DNA of 55,213 nucleotides from the NCBI GenBank assembly GCA_963968645.1, contig CAXAHI010000001.1, forward strand, positions 1 to 55,213, written 5' to 3'. This DNA comes from an uncultured Gammaproteobacteria bacterium. Its GTDB lineage: Bacteria; Pseudomonadota; Gammaproteobacteria; Pseudomonadales; UBA7434. Shown piece by piece: positions 1 to 12,073 of this stretch. Position 1 is the first letter of the stretch. Each line of letters begins with the position of its first letter. A model generated the notes under the pieces. The model was not told the DNA's origin, did no database searches, and saw only the letters and a list, made by a program, of their open reading frames with translations. A program made the translations under genes and the position numbers.

Positions 1-9
1 GAAAAGTGA

Positions 10-190
10 CTGGCTGTCGGGCCACCCCCGACGACCTTGACTTTAAAACTCAAACTAACAAAGTAAACAACCAGAACATAACATAACGACACTATCAGAT
101 ACGGCTTAAAGATCTAGCTTCTGGCTGCCGCTCCAACCCGACTCCCTTGACCTTAAAACGCAAACAAAAAAGTAAAAATCCAGAATATAA
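10..190. repeat. pair of imperfect ~70-bp direct repeats (10-81 and 121-190, ~111-bp period) downstream of mnmE
   Basis: Hand alignment gives about 58 matches over 72 columns. Both copies share the blocks CTGGCTG, CCCGAC, CCTTGAC, TTAAAAC, CAAAC, GTAAA, CCAGAA and ATAA in the same order. Copy 1 carries the hairpin GTCGGG-CCACC-CCCGAC (16-32), which is degraded in copy 2. The context is truncated by the window edge. Confidence 0.6.
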
Positions 191-216
191 AAAATCCTAT
201 TAAACCGAACAAAAAA

Positions 217-1599
217 TCATTTCCCAATACAAAAACTAGAAAATATCTCCCCAAGCAAATCATCAGAAGAAACCTTACCCGTTATCGTCCCTAAATAATT
301 CTGCGCTTGCCTTAGATCCTCAGCCAGCAACTCCCCAGCCTGATTCTCAAGTAACTGTTTCTTACCCTCTAAAATATAACCCCGCGCATTATCAATCGCC
401 TCAATATGACGACTACGAGCAACAAAATTATTTTCACTTTGACTAAACCCACAAAGCGTTTTAAGACTCTCAGTAAACAAGCTAAAACCATCACCTGTTT
501 TAGCCGATAACGAAACCTCAGTAAAATAATCATTACTATTTACTGAAACAGAAGCGCCACTTATATCTATTTTATTGTTAACAACAATAAATGATGTTGA
601 CTCAAGCGGTGTTATCTCAAAACTTAATAGCTCTTTATGTATATTTTCAATCGTTTGTTTTTTATCTTCAGGTAATAGCCCTTCCGTAACGGCATCACGC
701 ATAAATAAAATAACATCAGCTTTTTCTATTTCTTTTTTCGCGCGGCGTATACCTTCTTGCTCTATTTCATCATCAGAATCACGTAAGCCAGCCGTATCAA
801 TAATTCTTAATGGCAATCCATCAATTTGTATATCTTCTCGAAGAATATCGCGCGTAGTTCCTGCACGCTGATTAACAATGGCTAAATCATCACCTGCTAA
901 TAAATTAAGTAAGCTTGATTTACCCGCGTTAGGCTTTCCAATAATAACAACGGAGACACCATCACGAATTAAGCTTCCTTGTTTTGCTTGCTGCCAAATA
1001 GCTTCTGTTGAGTTAATGAGTAGCTCTAATTCATTGAGAACATAGCCGTCAGATACAAAATCAACTTCTTCTTCTGGGAAATCAATAGCCGCTTCTACAT
1101 ATATGCGAAGCTTAGTAATATCATTAGTTAATGCGTGTATCTTCTTTGAAAACTCACCACTTAATGATCGCATAGCCGATCGTGCAGCAGTTTCTGAGCG
1201 ACTCTCAATAATATCGGCAATTGCTTCAGCTTGGACTAAATCTATTTTATCGTTTAAGAATGCACGCTCTGAGAACTCACCTGGCCTAGCTATTCGAGCA
1301 CCTAGCCTTACTGTTTCCGCAAGTAAAAGGTTAAGCACAACGGCGCCACCATGACCTTGTAGTTCAACAACGTCTTCACCTGTAAATGAATGTGGTCTAG
1401 GAAAATATAAGGCAATACCTTCATCAATTTTTTCATGACTACTATCAACGAAGGAGGTGAATAATGCGTGGCGAGGAGAGAGATCTGTTTGTGTTAATTG
1501 CGCAGCTATGACCAAAGATTTTGGCCCAGAAAGACGAACAATACCAATACCGCCTTTTCCTGCTGCGGTAGCAATAGCGGTAATAGTATCGTTGTCCAT
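217..1599 (-). CDS. mnmE: tRNA modification GTPase MnmE (TrmE)
   Basis: 460-aa ORF with the N-terminal GIGIVRLSG block, G1 GKPNAGKSS, G3 DTAGLR and the C-terminal CIGK tetrapeptide typical of MnmE. It is adjacent to yidC, as in most bacteria. Confidence 0.96.
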   Translation of the reverse strand: MDNDTITAIATAAGKGGIGIVRLSGPKSLVIAAQLTQTDLSPRHALFTSFVDSSHEKIDEGIALYFPRPHSFTGEDVVELQGHGGAVVLNLLLAETVRLGARIARPGEFSERAFLNDKIDLVQAEAIADIIESRSETAARSAMRSLSGEFSKKIHALTNDITKLRIYVEAAIDFPEEEVDFVSDGYVLNELELLINSTEAIWQQAKQGSLIRDGVSVVIIGKPNAGKSSLLNLLAGDDLAIVNQRAGTTRDILREDIQIDGLPLRIIDTAGLRDSDDEIEQEGIRRAKKEIEKADVILFMRDAVTEGLLPEDKKQTIENIHKELLSFEITPLESTSFIVVNNKIDISGASVSVNSNDYFTEVSLSAKTGDGFSLFTESLKTLCGFSQSENNFVARSRHIEAIDNARGYILEGKKQLLENQAGELLAEDLRQAQNYLGTITGKVSSDDLLGEIFSSFCIGK

Positions 1600-1642
1600 A
1601 TTATTGTCTACATATAGTTAAGGAAGCAGCGCTAGTTAATAA

Positions 1643-3409
1643 TTAACTATGCGCTTTTTCAATTTGTCGAGTGATATACCACTGTTGAGAAATCGACAAT
1701 ATATTATTTGATACCCAATAAACAACAAGTCCTGCTGGGAAGAAAACAAAGAACAATGTAAACACAACTGGCATCCACTGCATAATCTTAGCCTGCATTG
1801 GATCAGCAGGAGGAGGATTCATTTTCTGTTGCAAGAACATCGTGATACCCATGATTAATGGCAACACAAAATATGGATCCATAACAGATAGATCTGTTAT
1901 CCAGCCAATAAATGGTGCATGTCTTAATTCAACACTTTCCATTAGCGCCCAGTATAAAGCGATAAATACGGGCATCTGAACCAGAATAGGAAGACAACCG
2001 CCTAATGGATTAATCTTTTCTTTCTGATATAACTCCATCATAGCTTTCGATTGAGCTTGCTTATCATTTGCATGTCTTTCACGTACAGCTAACAGTTTAG
2101 GTTGCACGCGGCGCATATTCGCCATTGAGCGATAACTGGTTGCTGATAAACGGAAGAATATAGCCTTAATAACAAAGGTCAGCATAATAATTGAGAAACC
2201 CCAGTTTCCAAACCCTGGGAACACATCATAGATTTCACCAAACATATGCGCTTCGCCAGTAGCGAAGAAATATAACAATGTATAAAGCGGCTGTGCTATC
2301 CACCATAACCAACCGTAATCTATAGTTAAGTCTAAATGAGGCGCTATTTCTTTTAATCGATATTGATATTTGGGACCAGCATAAAATTGTGAACCGATAG
2401 AAGCTGTATCGCCAGCTTCAACTTCAAAAGGTTTATGAAAGCCAATAATGTTTAAACCTGATTTACTGGCTTTCGTGTAGTAGTTATAAGTAGCGTTAGG
2501 TTCTGGAATCCAAGCACTCACAAAGTAATGTTGAATTATCGCTACCCAACCACCCGCATATTGGTTTCTGAAATTTTCTTCACCAATATCTTTAAAACTT
2601 ATTTTTTTGTAAGGGTCATCTGCCGTCGTTGTTGCAGCGCCTAAATAAGACTTCATGCCGAAGCCAGCAGTATCTGCACCAGGATCAGCTGATTGGTCGC
2701 GACTTATTTGTGAATAAAACGTGGTCTTCCAGTCGGCACCAGAATCATTGTTTACTATGTAATTAACATCTACTAAATATTCGCCATGTTTGAATGTATA
2801 ACGTTTAGTAAGTTTAATGCCACTAGGATCATTGAATACAAGATCGACTTCTAAATCATCCGTACCTTCCATTTCATAGGTAGACTGTGCGCTATGAAAC
2901 CGGGCGCGTGTAGATCGGACATCTGTACCGCTTGGTCCTGTTAAACCTGATTGTGCTGTATAAGTACGAGCCCCAGATTTTTCTAGCAGTAACATTGGTT
3001 CTGCATTTTCTTCTAGGCTTTCTAAATGTTTAAGCAGTGCGACTTCAATAATATCGCCACCCTGAGAGTCAATCGTTACTCGAATCGTATCTGTAGTGAC
3101 TACAATTTTTCGAGCCGAGCGAGGATTTGTCACCGCTTCTATAATACTTGTCGTCTCAGTAGCAACATTAGTAATAGGTTGATTAAAAGTTGTCTCATAC
3201 GCTTCTTCGGAAACGACCTCATTAATGTCGTTGTTATCGTACACAACCTCACTTATCTCAGCACGGCTTTCATTAAATGCCTGTTGACGATCAACAATTT
3301 TTTGATCATAACTAGGAGAAAACAAGACCCATTGTTTTAGGATAAGTAAAACAATACCAGCAACAATGGTAAACAGCGCGATGCGAGGTAAATTTTTAAG
3401 AACGTCCAT
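1643..3409 (-). CDS. yidC: membrane protein insertase YidC
   Basis: 588 aa with an N-terminal anchor, a large periplasmic domain and the C-terminal core NPLGGCLPILVQMPVFIALYWAL. It sits in the conserved rpmH-rnpA-yidD-yidC-mnmE order. Confidence 0.96.
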   Translation of the reverse strand: MDVLKNLPRIALFTIVAGIVLLILKQWVLFSPSYDQKIVDRQQAFNESRAEISEVVYDNNDINEVVSEEAYETTFNQPITNVATETTSIIEAVTNPRSARKIVVTTDTIRVTIDSQGGDIIEVALLKHLESLEENAEPMLLLEKSGARTYTAQSGLTGPSGTDVRSTRARFHSAQSTYEMEGTDDLEVDLVFNDPSGIKLTKRYTFKHGEYLVDVNYIVNNDSGADWKTTFYSQISRDQSADPGADTAGFGMKSYLGAATTTADDPYKKISFKDIGEENFRNQYAGGWVAIIQHYFVSAWIPEPNATYNYYTKASKSGLNIIGFHKPFEVEAGDTASIGSQFYAGPKYQYRLKEIAPHLDLTIDYGWLWWIAQPLYTLLYFFATGEAHMFGEIYDVFPGFGNWGFSIIMLTFVIKAIFFRLSATSYRSMANMRRVQPKLLAVRERHANDKQAQSKAMMELYQKEKINPLGGCLPILVQMPVFIALYWALMESVELRHAPFIGWITDLSVMDPYFVLPLIMGITMFLQQKMNPPPADPMQAKIMQWMPVVFTLFFVFFPAGLVVYWVSNNILSISQQWYITRQIEKAHS

Positions 3410-3429
3410 ACTTAATATGTAGCCTTTAA

Positions 3430-3789
3430 TTAATGAGAATGATTACAGTTAGTTTGTGCATGATCGGTATTTTCCCGATCGATGTGAGTCTTTCCATAAA
3501 ATAAATTTTCTGCTGGTATTTTTTCAGCAGGTAGTTCGTCAATGCCACCCTTATTAAAAGGATGACATTTAGCTAATCTTTTTAAGGTAAGTATACTGCC
3601 GCGGCCAAAACCTTGTTCTTTAAAGGCTTGTTTAGCATAACTAGAACAGGTCGGATAAAAGCGACAACGTGGACCCAGTAAAGGACTCAGAAGTAATTGA
3701 TAAGCGGCTATTAGGAAAATAGCTACTTCACTCAAAATATTGAGAAAAGGATTTAAATTTGTTGGCGTTTTGCTATTAGACGGAGCCAT
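3430..3789 (-). CDS. yidD: membrane protein insertion efficiency factor YidD
   Basis: Carries the CRFYPTCSSYAKQAF motif of YidD. It overlaps the rnpA 3' end by 37 nt. At 119 aa it is longer than the usual ~80 aa because of an N-terminal tail and a His-rich C-terminal tail. Confidence 0.85.
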   Translation of the reverse strand: MAPSNSKTPTNLNPFLNILSEVAIFLIAAYQLLLSPLLGPRCRFYPTCSSYAKQAFKEQGFGRGSILTLKRLAKCHPFNKGGIDELPAEKIPAENLFYGKTHIDRENTDHAQTNCNHSH

Positions 3790-4148
3790 TGTTTACTTAG
3801 CTCCTCGTTGAGCTGTGCATTATCCAGCTGACGAACAGAGGATTTTGCAAGAACAATAACATCAAAAGATGTCATTTGAGTATTAACAATTTCATGATTA
3901 AGTTGTTGCCGAAAGCTTTCTCGAATGGCGCGCTTAATCTTGTTTCTATTTACAGCCAGAGGAATATGTTTTTTAGCGATAATCAAACCAAGCCTGTGCT
4001 TGGCCTGTTGGCTTGATGTGCTTAGAAAAGTAAAGTACTTACCGCTCTGTTTGCAATTTACATTGTCAAAGACATTTTTATACTGATGGGCATTCAGTAA
4101 ACGCCGGTCTTTCTGAAAGCGACAGTTTGTTTCTATTGTATTCACCAT
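3753..4148 (-). CDS. rnpA: ribonuclease P protein component
   Basis: Basic 131-aa protein with the RNase P protein motif AVNRNKIKRAIRESFR, located directly downstream of rpmH. Confidence 0.92.
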   Translation of the reverse strand: MVNTIETNCRFQKDRRLLNAHQYKNVFDNVNCKQSGKYFTFLSTSSQQAKHRLGLIIAKKHIPLAVNRNKIKRAIRESFRQQLNHEIVNTQMTSFDVIVLAKSSVRQLDNAQLNEELSKQWLRLIAKRQQI

Positions 4149-4301
4149 ACTGATTAACTCAGACCACTCAACTCAGACTACTTAAATACTAAGAAGAGAG
4201 CGAACACTGACAGCCGCACGATATAAAGCAGATGCTGCATAGAATTACTGATTTATTATCAATAAAAGTAGCTCTATATCGTTGGCGATCGGTAATAGAT
4301 A

Positions 4302-4436
4302 TTACGCAGTTAAACGTTTTCTGCCTTTAGCGCGACGGCGATTAATAAGTGCGCGTCCATTTTTAGTTGCCATACGAGCACGGAAGCCGTGACTGCGTTT
4401 ACGCTTTAAAGTACTGGGTTGAAAAGTTCTTTTCAT
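4302..4436 (-). CDS. rpmH: 50S ribosomal protein L34
   Basis: Absent from the ORF track because it is too short. Reading the minus strand from 4436 to 4302 gives [44 protein letters not shown], a near-consensus L34. The stop TAA is at 4302-4304. Confidence 0.96.
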   Translation of the reverse strand: MKRTFQPSTLKRKRSHGFRARMATKNGRALINRRRAKGRKRLTA

Positions 4437-4815
4437 TGCTCTATACCAAATTATTTACGTGTTCAAAATGTTTGAGCCTAAGGCTTACAAACACCCACAA
4501 AAGGGCGCAGGATTCTACGCATAAAAGCCTCCGGGATCAATCCCGTATGCTATTTAATTGCAATTCATTTTAAAGGGCTGTTAGTTTTTAGCAACACCCT
4601 ATAAATAGAAGCATGTAAACTTTTTTGTTTTCAGGTTCTTAATGAAGGCTTTTTAGTTGATCTTACCAGCGCCTTTTTCTAACGGCTCCTATCTTGTTAA
4701 TAACTATCCATTTTAATTTTTATGTTTTGGCTATGTCGATATAACAATATATGCACTGATAGTGTGCGCTTACATTGCCTTTTTTAGGCGTGAGTTTCCG
4801 CCCTCTACACACAAG

Positions 4816-4824
4816 ATATCCACA
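4816..4824 (+). promoter_or_regulatory. DnaA box, one mismatch (ATATCCACA)
   Basis: Matches TTATCCACA at 8 of 9 positions. A weaker box, TTATCAATA, follows 2 nt downstream. Confidence 0.5.
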
Positions 4825-4976
4825 GCTTATCAATATGTTAATAACTTTTTATAATTTTCATTGTTTTCTAATACATAAAACTATCTTGTTTTTTGTTTTT
4901 TCTGCAAGCTATTGATTATGTTTAGGTTTTATTGTTTTTATCTTTCTTGTCCATTTGTATAAATAATCGAGATAGT

Positions 4977-4985
4977 TGTGGATAA
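4977..4985 (-). promoter_or_regulatory. DnaA box, perfect consensus (TGTGGATAA on the + strand = TTATCCACA on the - strand)
   Basis: Exact 9-mer consensus located about 195 bp upstream of the proposed dnaA start. Confidence 0.6.
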
Positions 4986-5179
4986 GTCTTCTATTTGCCG
5001 CTACAATTGCGCCACTTTTTAGGTCCCTCTCTATTTCACTTCGACTTTGTTGTTGTTGGAGTTTATAGCTAAAGTTTTTGGGGTCTCAAATAACATTTAA
5101 ATTAGAACTATGGCCATATTGCTGCGTTTTACCATCTATTTAGTTGGGTGAAGCGGTTTTGGCTTTTGGGGGATATCGA

Positions 5180-6871
5180 TTGTCACAGGCTACTTGGCAC
5201 CTGATGTGGAATAGGTGTGTAGATTATTTACAAGATGAATTGCCAGCACAGCAATTTAATACTTGGATTCGTCCTTTAAAAGCTGAACAGGCTGAGGGAG
5301 GTATTCTCTTATTGGCACCCAACCGGTTTATTCGGGATTGGGTTTCAGATAAGTTTATGTCCAGAATTCTCGAGTTAACCAAAATGCTTTCGGAGGGTGA
5401 GCCACCGACTGTAGATATTGCTGTTCAAGAGCGAAGCGCCAATGCAGCACCTGGTGGGTTTGCTGCTTCTTCTCTAACCAGTACAGTTTCTATGGATGTT
5501 CCTGTACAGGCGCACCCTTCAATTGATCGTCGATCCTTGGTGGTGAATGTTGCGGATAAGCCTAACCATGTAATGGCCTTTGCCTCACCTCCATCTTCAC
5601 CCACTGATCCTGTCGTTTCAGAGCCTTTAATAGAGTCTGCTTCCTTTTCTAGGCAACCTGCTTCTAATCTTGTTATCCAGTCAGCTAGTGATTCTATTCT
5701 GGTTAAGGGTAGTCCTGAAGGTGTTGAGCGAAGAGGTCGCCCTAGAGAGGGTGCATCCCCCTCTGAGAATCTTTTGCATAGCAGTCGGAATACAGCAACC
5801 CGATCACGTCGTGCTCGATCAACTGACGATAGCGGAGATTCTCCTAATCACCAAAACAATTTAATACCGGCTTATCGCTTCGATAATTTTGTAGAGGGTA
5901 AGTCTAATCAGTTGGCTCGTGCAGCGGCAATGCAGGTTGTAGAAAACCCCGGCGGTTCTTATAACCCTTTATTCCTTTATGGTGGTGTTGGCTTAGGTAA
6001 GACGCATTTGATGCATGCTGTTGGTAATGCCCTGCAAGCAGTTAAGCCGAATGCCAAAGTGGTTTACCTCCATTCTGAGCGTTTTGTTGCCGATATGGTT
6101 AAGGCCTTACAGTTAAATGCGATTAATGATTTTAAGCGTTATTACCGCTCGGTTGATGCTTTATTGATCGATGATATACAGTTTTTTGCTAACAAAGAAC
6201 GCTCTCAAGAAGAGTTTTTCCATACTTTCAATGCATTACTAGAAGGGGGGCAGCAAATGATTCTTACTTGTGATCGCTACCCTAAAGAAATTCGTGGTGT
6301 TGAAGAGCGTCTTAAGTCGCGTTTCGGTTGGGGTTTAACGGTGTCCGTAGAGCCGCCTGAACTTGAAACTCGTGTAGCTATTTTAATGGCAAAAGCAGAG
6401 CAAGCAAAAATTGAATTGCCTCATGATGCTGCTTTCTTTTTGGCGCAAAGGGTTCGTTCAAATGTTCGTGAGCTAGAAGGTGCGCTTAAGAGAGTTATAG
6501 CGAGCGCTCACTTCACTAAGTGCCCAGTGGATGTGCCGTTAATTAAAGAGTCACTTAAGGATTTATTAGCGCTTCAAGATAAGCAGGTTAGTATTGATAA
6601 TATTCAGCGTACTACCGCTGAGTACTACAAAATCAAAGTCGCTGATTTAATGTCGAAACGAAGAAGTCGTTCTGTTGCTAGGCCACGACAGGTAGCAATG
6701 GCTCTGGCTAAAGAGTTAACCAATCATAGCTTGCCTGAAATTGGCGATGCTTTTGGTGGCCGTGACCACACCACGGTTTTACATGCCTGTAGAAAGATTA
6801 AAGAGTTACGTGAAACGAGCTCTGATATTCGTGAAGATTATCAGAACTTGCTTCGTACGCTGGCCACGTAA
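5180..6871 (+). CDS. dnaA: chromosomal replication initiator protein DnaA
   Basis: Contains [17 protein letters not shown] (domain I), Walker [20 protein letters not shown] and the DNA-binding signature [16 protein letters not shown]. The track start at 5144 is a TTG immediately after a stop codon. I prefer the TTG at 5180, which has GGGGGA 6 nt upstream and gives MSQATW. The ATG at 5204 is an alternative. Confidence 0.95.
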   Translation: MSQATWHLMWNRCVDYLQDELPAQQFNTWIRPLKAEQAEGGILLLAPNRFIRDWVSDKFMSRILELTKMLSEGEPPTVDIAVQERSANAAPGGFAASSLTSTVSMDVPVQAHPSIDRRSLVVNVADKPNHVMAFASPPSSPTDPVVSEPLIESASFSRQPASNLVIQSASDSILVKGSPEGVERRGRPREGASPSENLLHSSRNTATRSRRARSTDDSGDSPNHQNNLIPAYRFDNFVEGKSNQLARAAAMQVVENPGGSYNPLFLYGGVGLGKTHLMHAVGNALQAVKPNAKVVYLHSERFVADMVKALQLNAINDFKRYYRSVDALLIDDIQFFANKERSQEEFFHTFNALLEGGQQMILTCDRYPKEIRGVEERLKSRFGWGLTVSVEPPELETRVAILMAKAEQAKIELPHDAAFFLAQRVRSNVRELEGALKRVIASAHFTKCPVDVPLIKESLKDLLALQDKQVSIDNIQRTTAEYYKIKVADLMSKRRSRSVARPRQVAMALAKELTNHSLPEIGDAFGGRDHTTVLHACRKIKELRETSSDIREDYQNLLRTLAT

Positions 6872-6973
6872 TCCCTTGAGTGTTTAAATAAGGCTATATT
6901 TACGTAGCCACTTTTTTAGAGATTGGCGCCTAACGAAATACCGTAAGACGCACAACCGGAGAGATAAACAAAG

Positions 6974-8086
6974 ATGAAATTTTCAGTCACTCGCGAAGCA
7001 CTTCTTCGCCCTCTGACAATCGTTGCTGGTGCTGTTGAGCGCCGTCAGACAATGCCTATTCTGTCGAATCTTTTGATTATTGTCAGTGGTAATAAACTGG
7101 TTATTACCGGTACAGATTTAGAGGTCGAGTTAAGCGCTACTATTGCGCTAGATACTGCGGCTGAAGTAAACGGTGATATAACTGTTCCAGCGCGTAAATT
7201 AGTGGATATTTGTAAATCTCTACCTGATGATTGCGATATAGCTTTTTCGGTCGATCAAGGTAAAGCGGTTGTTAAAAGTGGTCGCAGTCGCTATACATTA
7301 GCAACCTTGCCCGCAGCTGATTTTCCGTCTGTACAAAAAGATGAGAGTAGCTTTTCTGCTACTGTGAACCAAGGTGATTTTGCTCAGTTAATTGATCGTA
7401 CAGCTTTCTCCATGGCTCAACAGGATGTTAGATACTATTTAAATGGCATGCTGTGGGAGCTTTCGGGTAATAAGTTGAAAGCTGTTGCTACAGATGGCCA
7501 TCGTCTAGCGATTGCTCATATCGACTTGGTTGACGAAATTCAGGGTGATAAGCAGCAGTTTATTGTTCCTCGTAAAGGAGTTGTTGAATTAACACGTCTT
7601 CTCTCGGATGAATCGGCAACGATTACTATTGAGTTTGGTGCTAATCATATCCGGGCTACAACTAATGGCATGGTGTTTGTTTCGAAGCTAGTTGACGGTA
7701 AATTCCCAGATTACGAGCGCGTTCTTCCTAAGGGTGGTAACAAGGTAGTCTCTGCAGAAAGAGCGGAGCTCAAATCGGCCTTGTCCCGATCGGCTATTTT
7801 ATCGAATGAAAAATTCCGCGGAATTCGCTTTACCCTCAGTGATGGCATGGTGGGTATCCAAGCTAATAATCCAGAGCAAGAAGAGGCTCATGAAGAGGTT
7901 TCTGTTATTTATCAAGGAGATAGCGTTGAGATGGGCTTCAATGTCAGCTATTTAATTGATGTTCTTGGTGCTCTTCGAAGTGATCAGGTCACAATGACGC
8001 TGTCTGATTCAAATAGCAGTGCCTTAGTCCAAGATGGTGATACTGATAACAATGCTTTGTATGTTGTTATGCCGATGCGTCTATAA
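6974..8086 (+). CDS. dnaN: DNA polymerase III beta sliding clamp
   Basis: 370 aa, MKFSVTREALLRPL ... MPMRL, in the conserved dnaA-dnaN-recF-gyrB order. Confidence 0.96.
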   Translation: MKFSVTREALLRPLTIVAGAVERRQTMPILSNLLIIVSGNKLVITGTDLEVELSATIALDTAAEVNGDITVPARKLVDICKSLPDDCDIAFSVDQGKAVVKSGRSRYTLATLPAADFPSVQKDESSFSATVNQGDFAQLIDRTAFSMAQQDVRYYLNGMLWELSGNKLKAVATDGHRLAIAHIDLVDEIQGDKQQFIVPRKGVVELTRLLSDESATITIEFGANHIRATTNGMVFVSKLVDGKFPDYERVLPKGGNKVVSAERAELKSALSRSAILSNEKFRGIRFTLSDGMVGIQANNPEQEEAHEEVSVIYQGDSVEMGFNVSYLIDVLGALRSDQVTMTLSDSNSSALVQDGDTDNNALYVVMPMRL

Positions 8087-8213
8087 GGGCGATATTGGCT
8101 GACTTAGTATTAATGAACCCTCTCCGCCCTGCTTTATCGTTTTTATATACTGCTGTCTGTTGTACTCAGTGCCCTTCTTATTTCTCGCTATTGTTGCGAT
8201 CTAATGACGGGCA

Positions 8214-9326
8214 TTGTTTCACGTGAAACTTTCAGAGCTTGAGATTTCTGGTGTTCGAAATCTCTCAGCGGTCTCTATTAATGATTTCTCTCAGATTAAT
8301 ATCTTCTCTGGTCCTAATGGTTCCGGTAAAACCTCTATTCTTGAGGCTATTCATATATTGGGTTTAGCGCGCTCTTTCCGCGGCACCCAACTCCAGCCAG
8401 TTATTCAATACCACCAAGATACTTGCACGGTATTTGGTAAAGTCCTTCATGATGATGCTGCTCCGCTTGCTGTTGGTGTTAAGCGAGCTAAAAGAGGCGG
8501 TTTTCGCATTAGAATAGGGGGTCAAGATGAAAAAAGCTTGATTCGCTTAGCTGAAACGCTTCCTATTCAATTAATAGACTCTTCAGCTTATACATTACTT
8601 GAGGGCGGCCCAAAACAACGCCGGCAGTTTATGGATTGGGGAGTGTTTCACGTGGAACACTCTTTTTACGACTCTTGGCGGCGAATGCAGCGTTGTTTAA
8701 AGCAGAGAAACGCTGCACTTAGATCGGGTAAAGCAAATAAGCGTACATTATCCGCATGGGATCAAGAATTAATAGAGGCGTCAGAACAGGTAGATAAAGC
8801 GAGGCTGCTTTATTTTGAGTCTTTTTATCCTGTGTTTGTTGGTTTTCTTGAGCGTTTGGTTGATCTGCCTGAGTTATCAGTCTCTTATAGCCGGGGCTGG
8901 GATACAGAGAAACCTTTGAGCGAGGTGTTGGAAGCGAGTATAGATCGTGATTTACGACGAGGCTTTACTCATTACGGCCCACATAGAGCAGATATCAAGT
9001 TACAAATTAATGGATTGAATGCGGGGCAGGTATTATCAAGAGGCCAGCAGAAGCTGGTTGTTTGTGCTTTACGCTTGGCTCAGTGTGATTTGATGGTAAA
9101 AACAACGCAAAAGAAGTGTGTATTGTTAATTGATGATCTTCCTGCAGAAATTGATGCGTCGCATCAGGGTAAGTTATGCACTTTACTTGATAGCTTGGAT
9201 ATTCAGTTATTTATGACCTGTGTAGTGGCCGATGATCTGGTTAACCAGCCATGGGAAAAGCTGAAAAGCTTAAAGGTTTTTCAGGTGTTGAAGGGTGAAA
9301 CAGAAGAGACTTTAAGCTTAGGGTAG
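8214..9326 (+). CDS. recF: DNA replication and repair protein RecF
   Basis: Walker A GPNGSGKTSILEA and Walker B LLIDDLPAEID. The start is uncertain: the TTG at 8214 (track) or the GTG at 8223, which gives MKLSELEISGVRNL and matches homologue N-termini better. Confidence 0.93.
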   Translation: MFHVKLSELEISGVRNLSAVSINDFSQINIFSGPNGSGKTSILEAIHILGLARSFRGTQLQPVIQYHQDTCTVFGKVLHDDAAPLAVGVKRAKRGGFRIRIGGQDEKSLIRLAETLPIQLIDSSAYTLLEGGPKQRRQFMDWGVFHVEHSFYDSWRRMQRCLKQRNAALRSGKANKRTLSAWDQELIEASEQVDKARLLYFESFYPVFVGFLERLVDLPELSVSYSRGWDTEKPLSEVLEASIDRDLRRGFTHYGPHRADIKLQINGLNAGQVLSRGQQKLVVCALRLAQCDLMVKTTQKKCVLLIDDLPAEIDASHQGKLCTLLDSLDIQLFMTCVVADDLVNQPWEKLKSLKVFQVLKGETEETLSLG

Positions 9327-9397
9327 CTTGTTGTGATCCGCTAGAGATCGCTGGTGAGTGTTGCTAATTTGAAGGCTCAAACTACCTGTATATTAGG

Positions 9398-9426
9398 TTG
9401 ACTCAGGCCTAATATCGTCACACAAT
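9398..9426 (+). promoter_or_regulatory. possible sigma70 promoter of gyrB (TTGACT-17 nt-CACAAT)
   Basis: -35 TTGACT at 9398-9403, a 17-nt spacer, and -10 CACAAT at 9421-9426. The -35 lies in the loop of a 7-bp inverted repeat, TATTAGG (9391-9397) / CCTAATA (9408-9414). Hexamer matching only. Confidence 0.3.
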
Positions 9427-9471
9427 ATGCGGTTATAAATAACGCTAAGCAATTGATTTTTATTGTTTTAG

Positions 9472-11973
<2,502 letters not shown>

Positions 11974-12039
11974 ACCTGATAACTAGCTTTGCTTCGTAAA
12001 AAGAATAGAAGCGTTAAGACAGAACAGTATAGAAAGAAG

Positions 12040-12073
12040 AAAAAAACCGGCGGCTAAGAATCTTTAGCCGTCG
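12040..12073 (-). terminator. rho-independent terminator of the acyltransferase gene
   Basis: A 10-bp stem (12048-12057 / 12064-12073, one G-U pair) with a 6-nt loop. On the minus strand it is followed by GTTTTTT. The stem overlaps the TAG stop at 12054-12056. Confidence 0.55.

Larger units (their letters stand above)
4600..5140. other. candidate chromosomal replication origin (oriC) / dnaA control region in the rpmH-dnaA spacer
   Basis: AT-rich ORF-free spacer in the position that oriC occupies in Pseudomonas-type genomes. It holds one perfect and one 1-mismatch DnaA box plus a 2-mismatch box (TTATCAATA, 4827-4835). T-rich TTGTTTT repeats occur at 4625, 4861, 4887, 4893 and 4932. Only two GATC sites are present. 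Confidence 0.45.

Noticed and set aside
1-216. Possibility that the edge repeats are a CRISPR array
   Set aside because: Only two copies are visible, about 70 bp long and only about 80% identical, with roughly 40-bp spacing. No cas genes are present. None of this fits a CRISPR array.
6892-6917. Possible terminator or attenuator between dnaA and dnaN (GGCTA-N8-TAGCC followed by a T run)
   Set aside because: The stem is only 5 bp with an 8-nt loop, which is too weak to call. dnaA and dnaN are normally co-transcribed.
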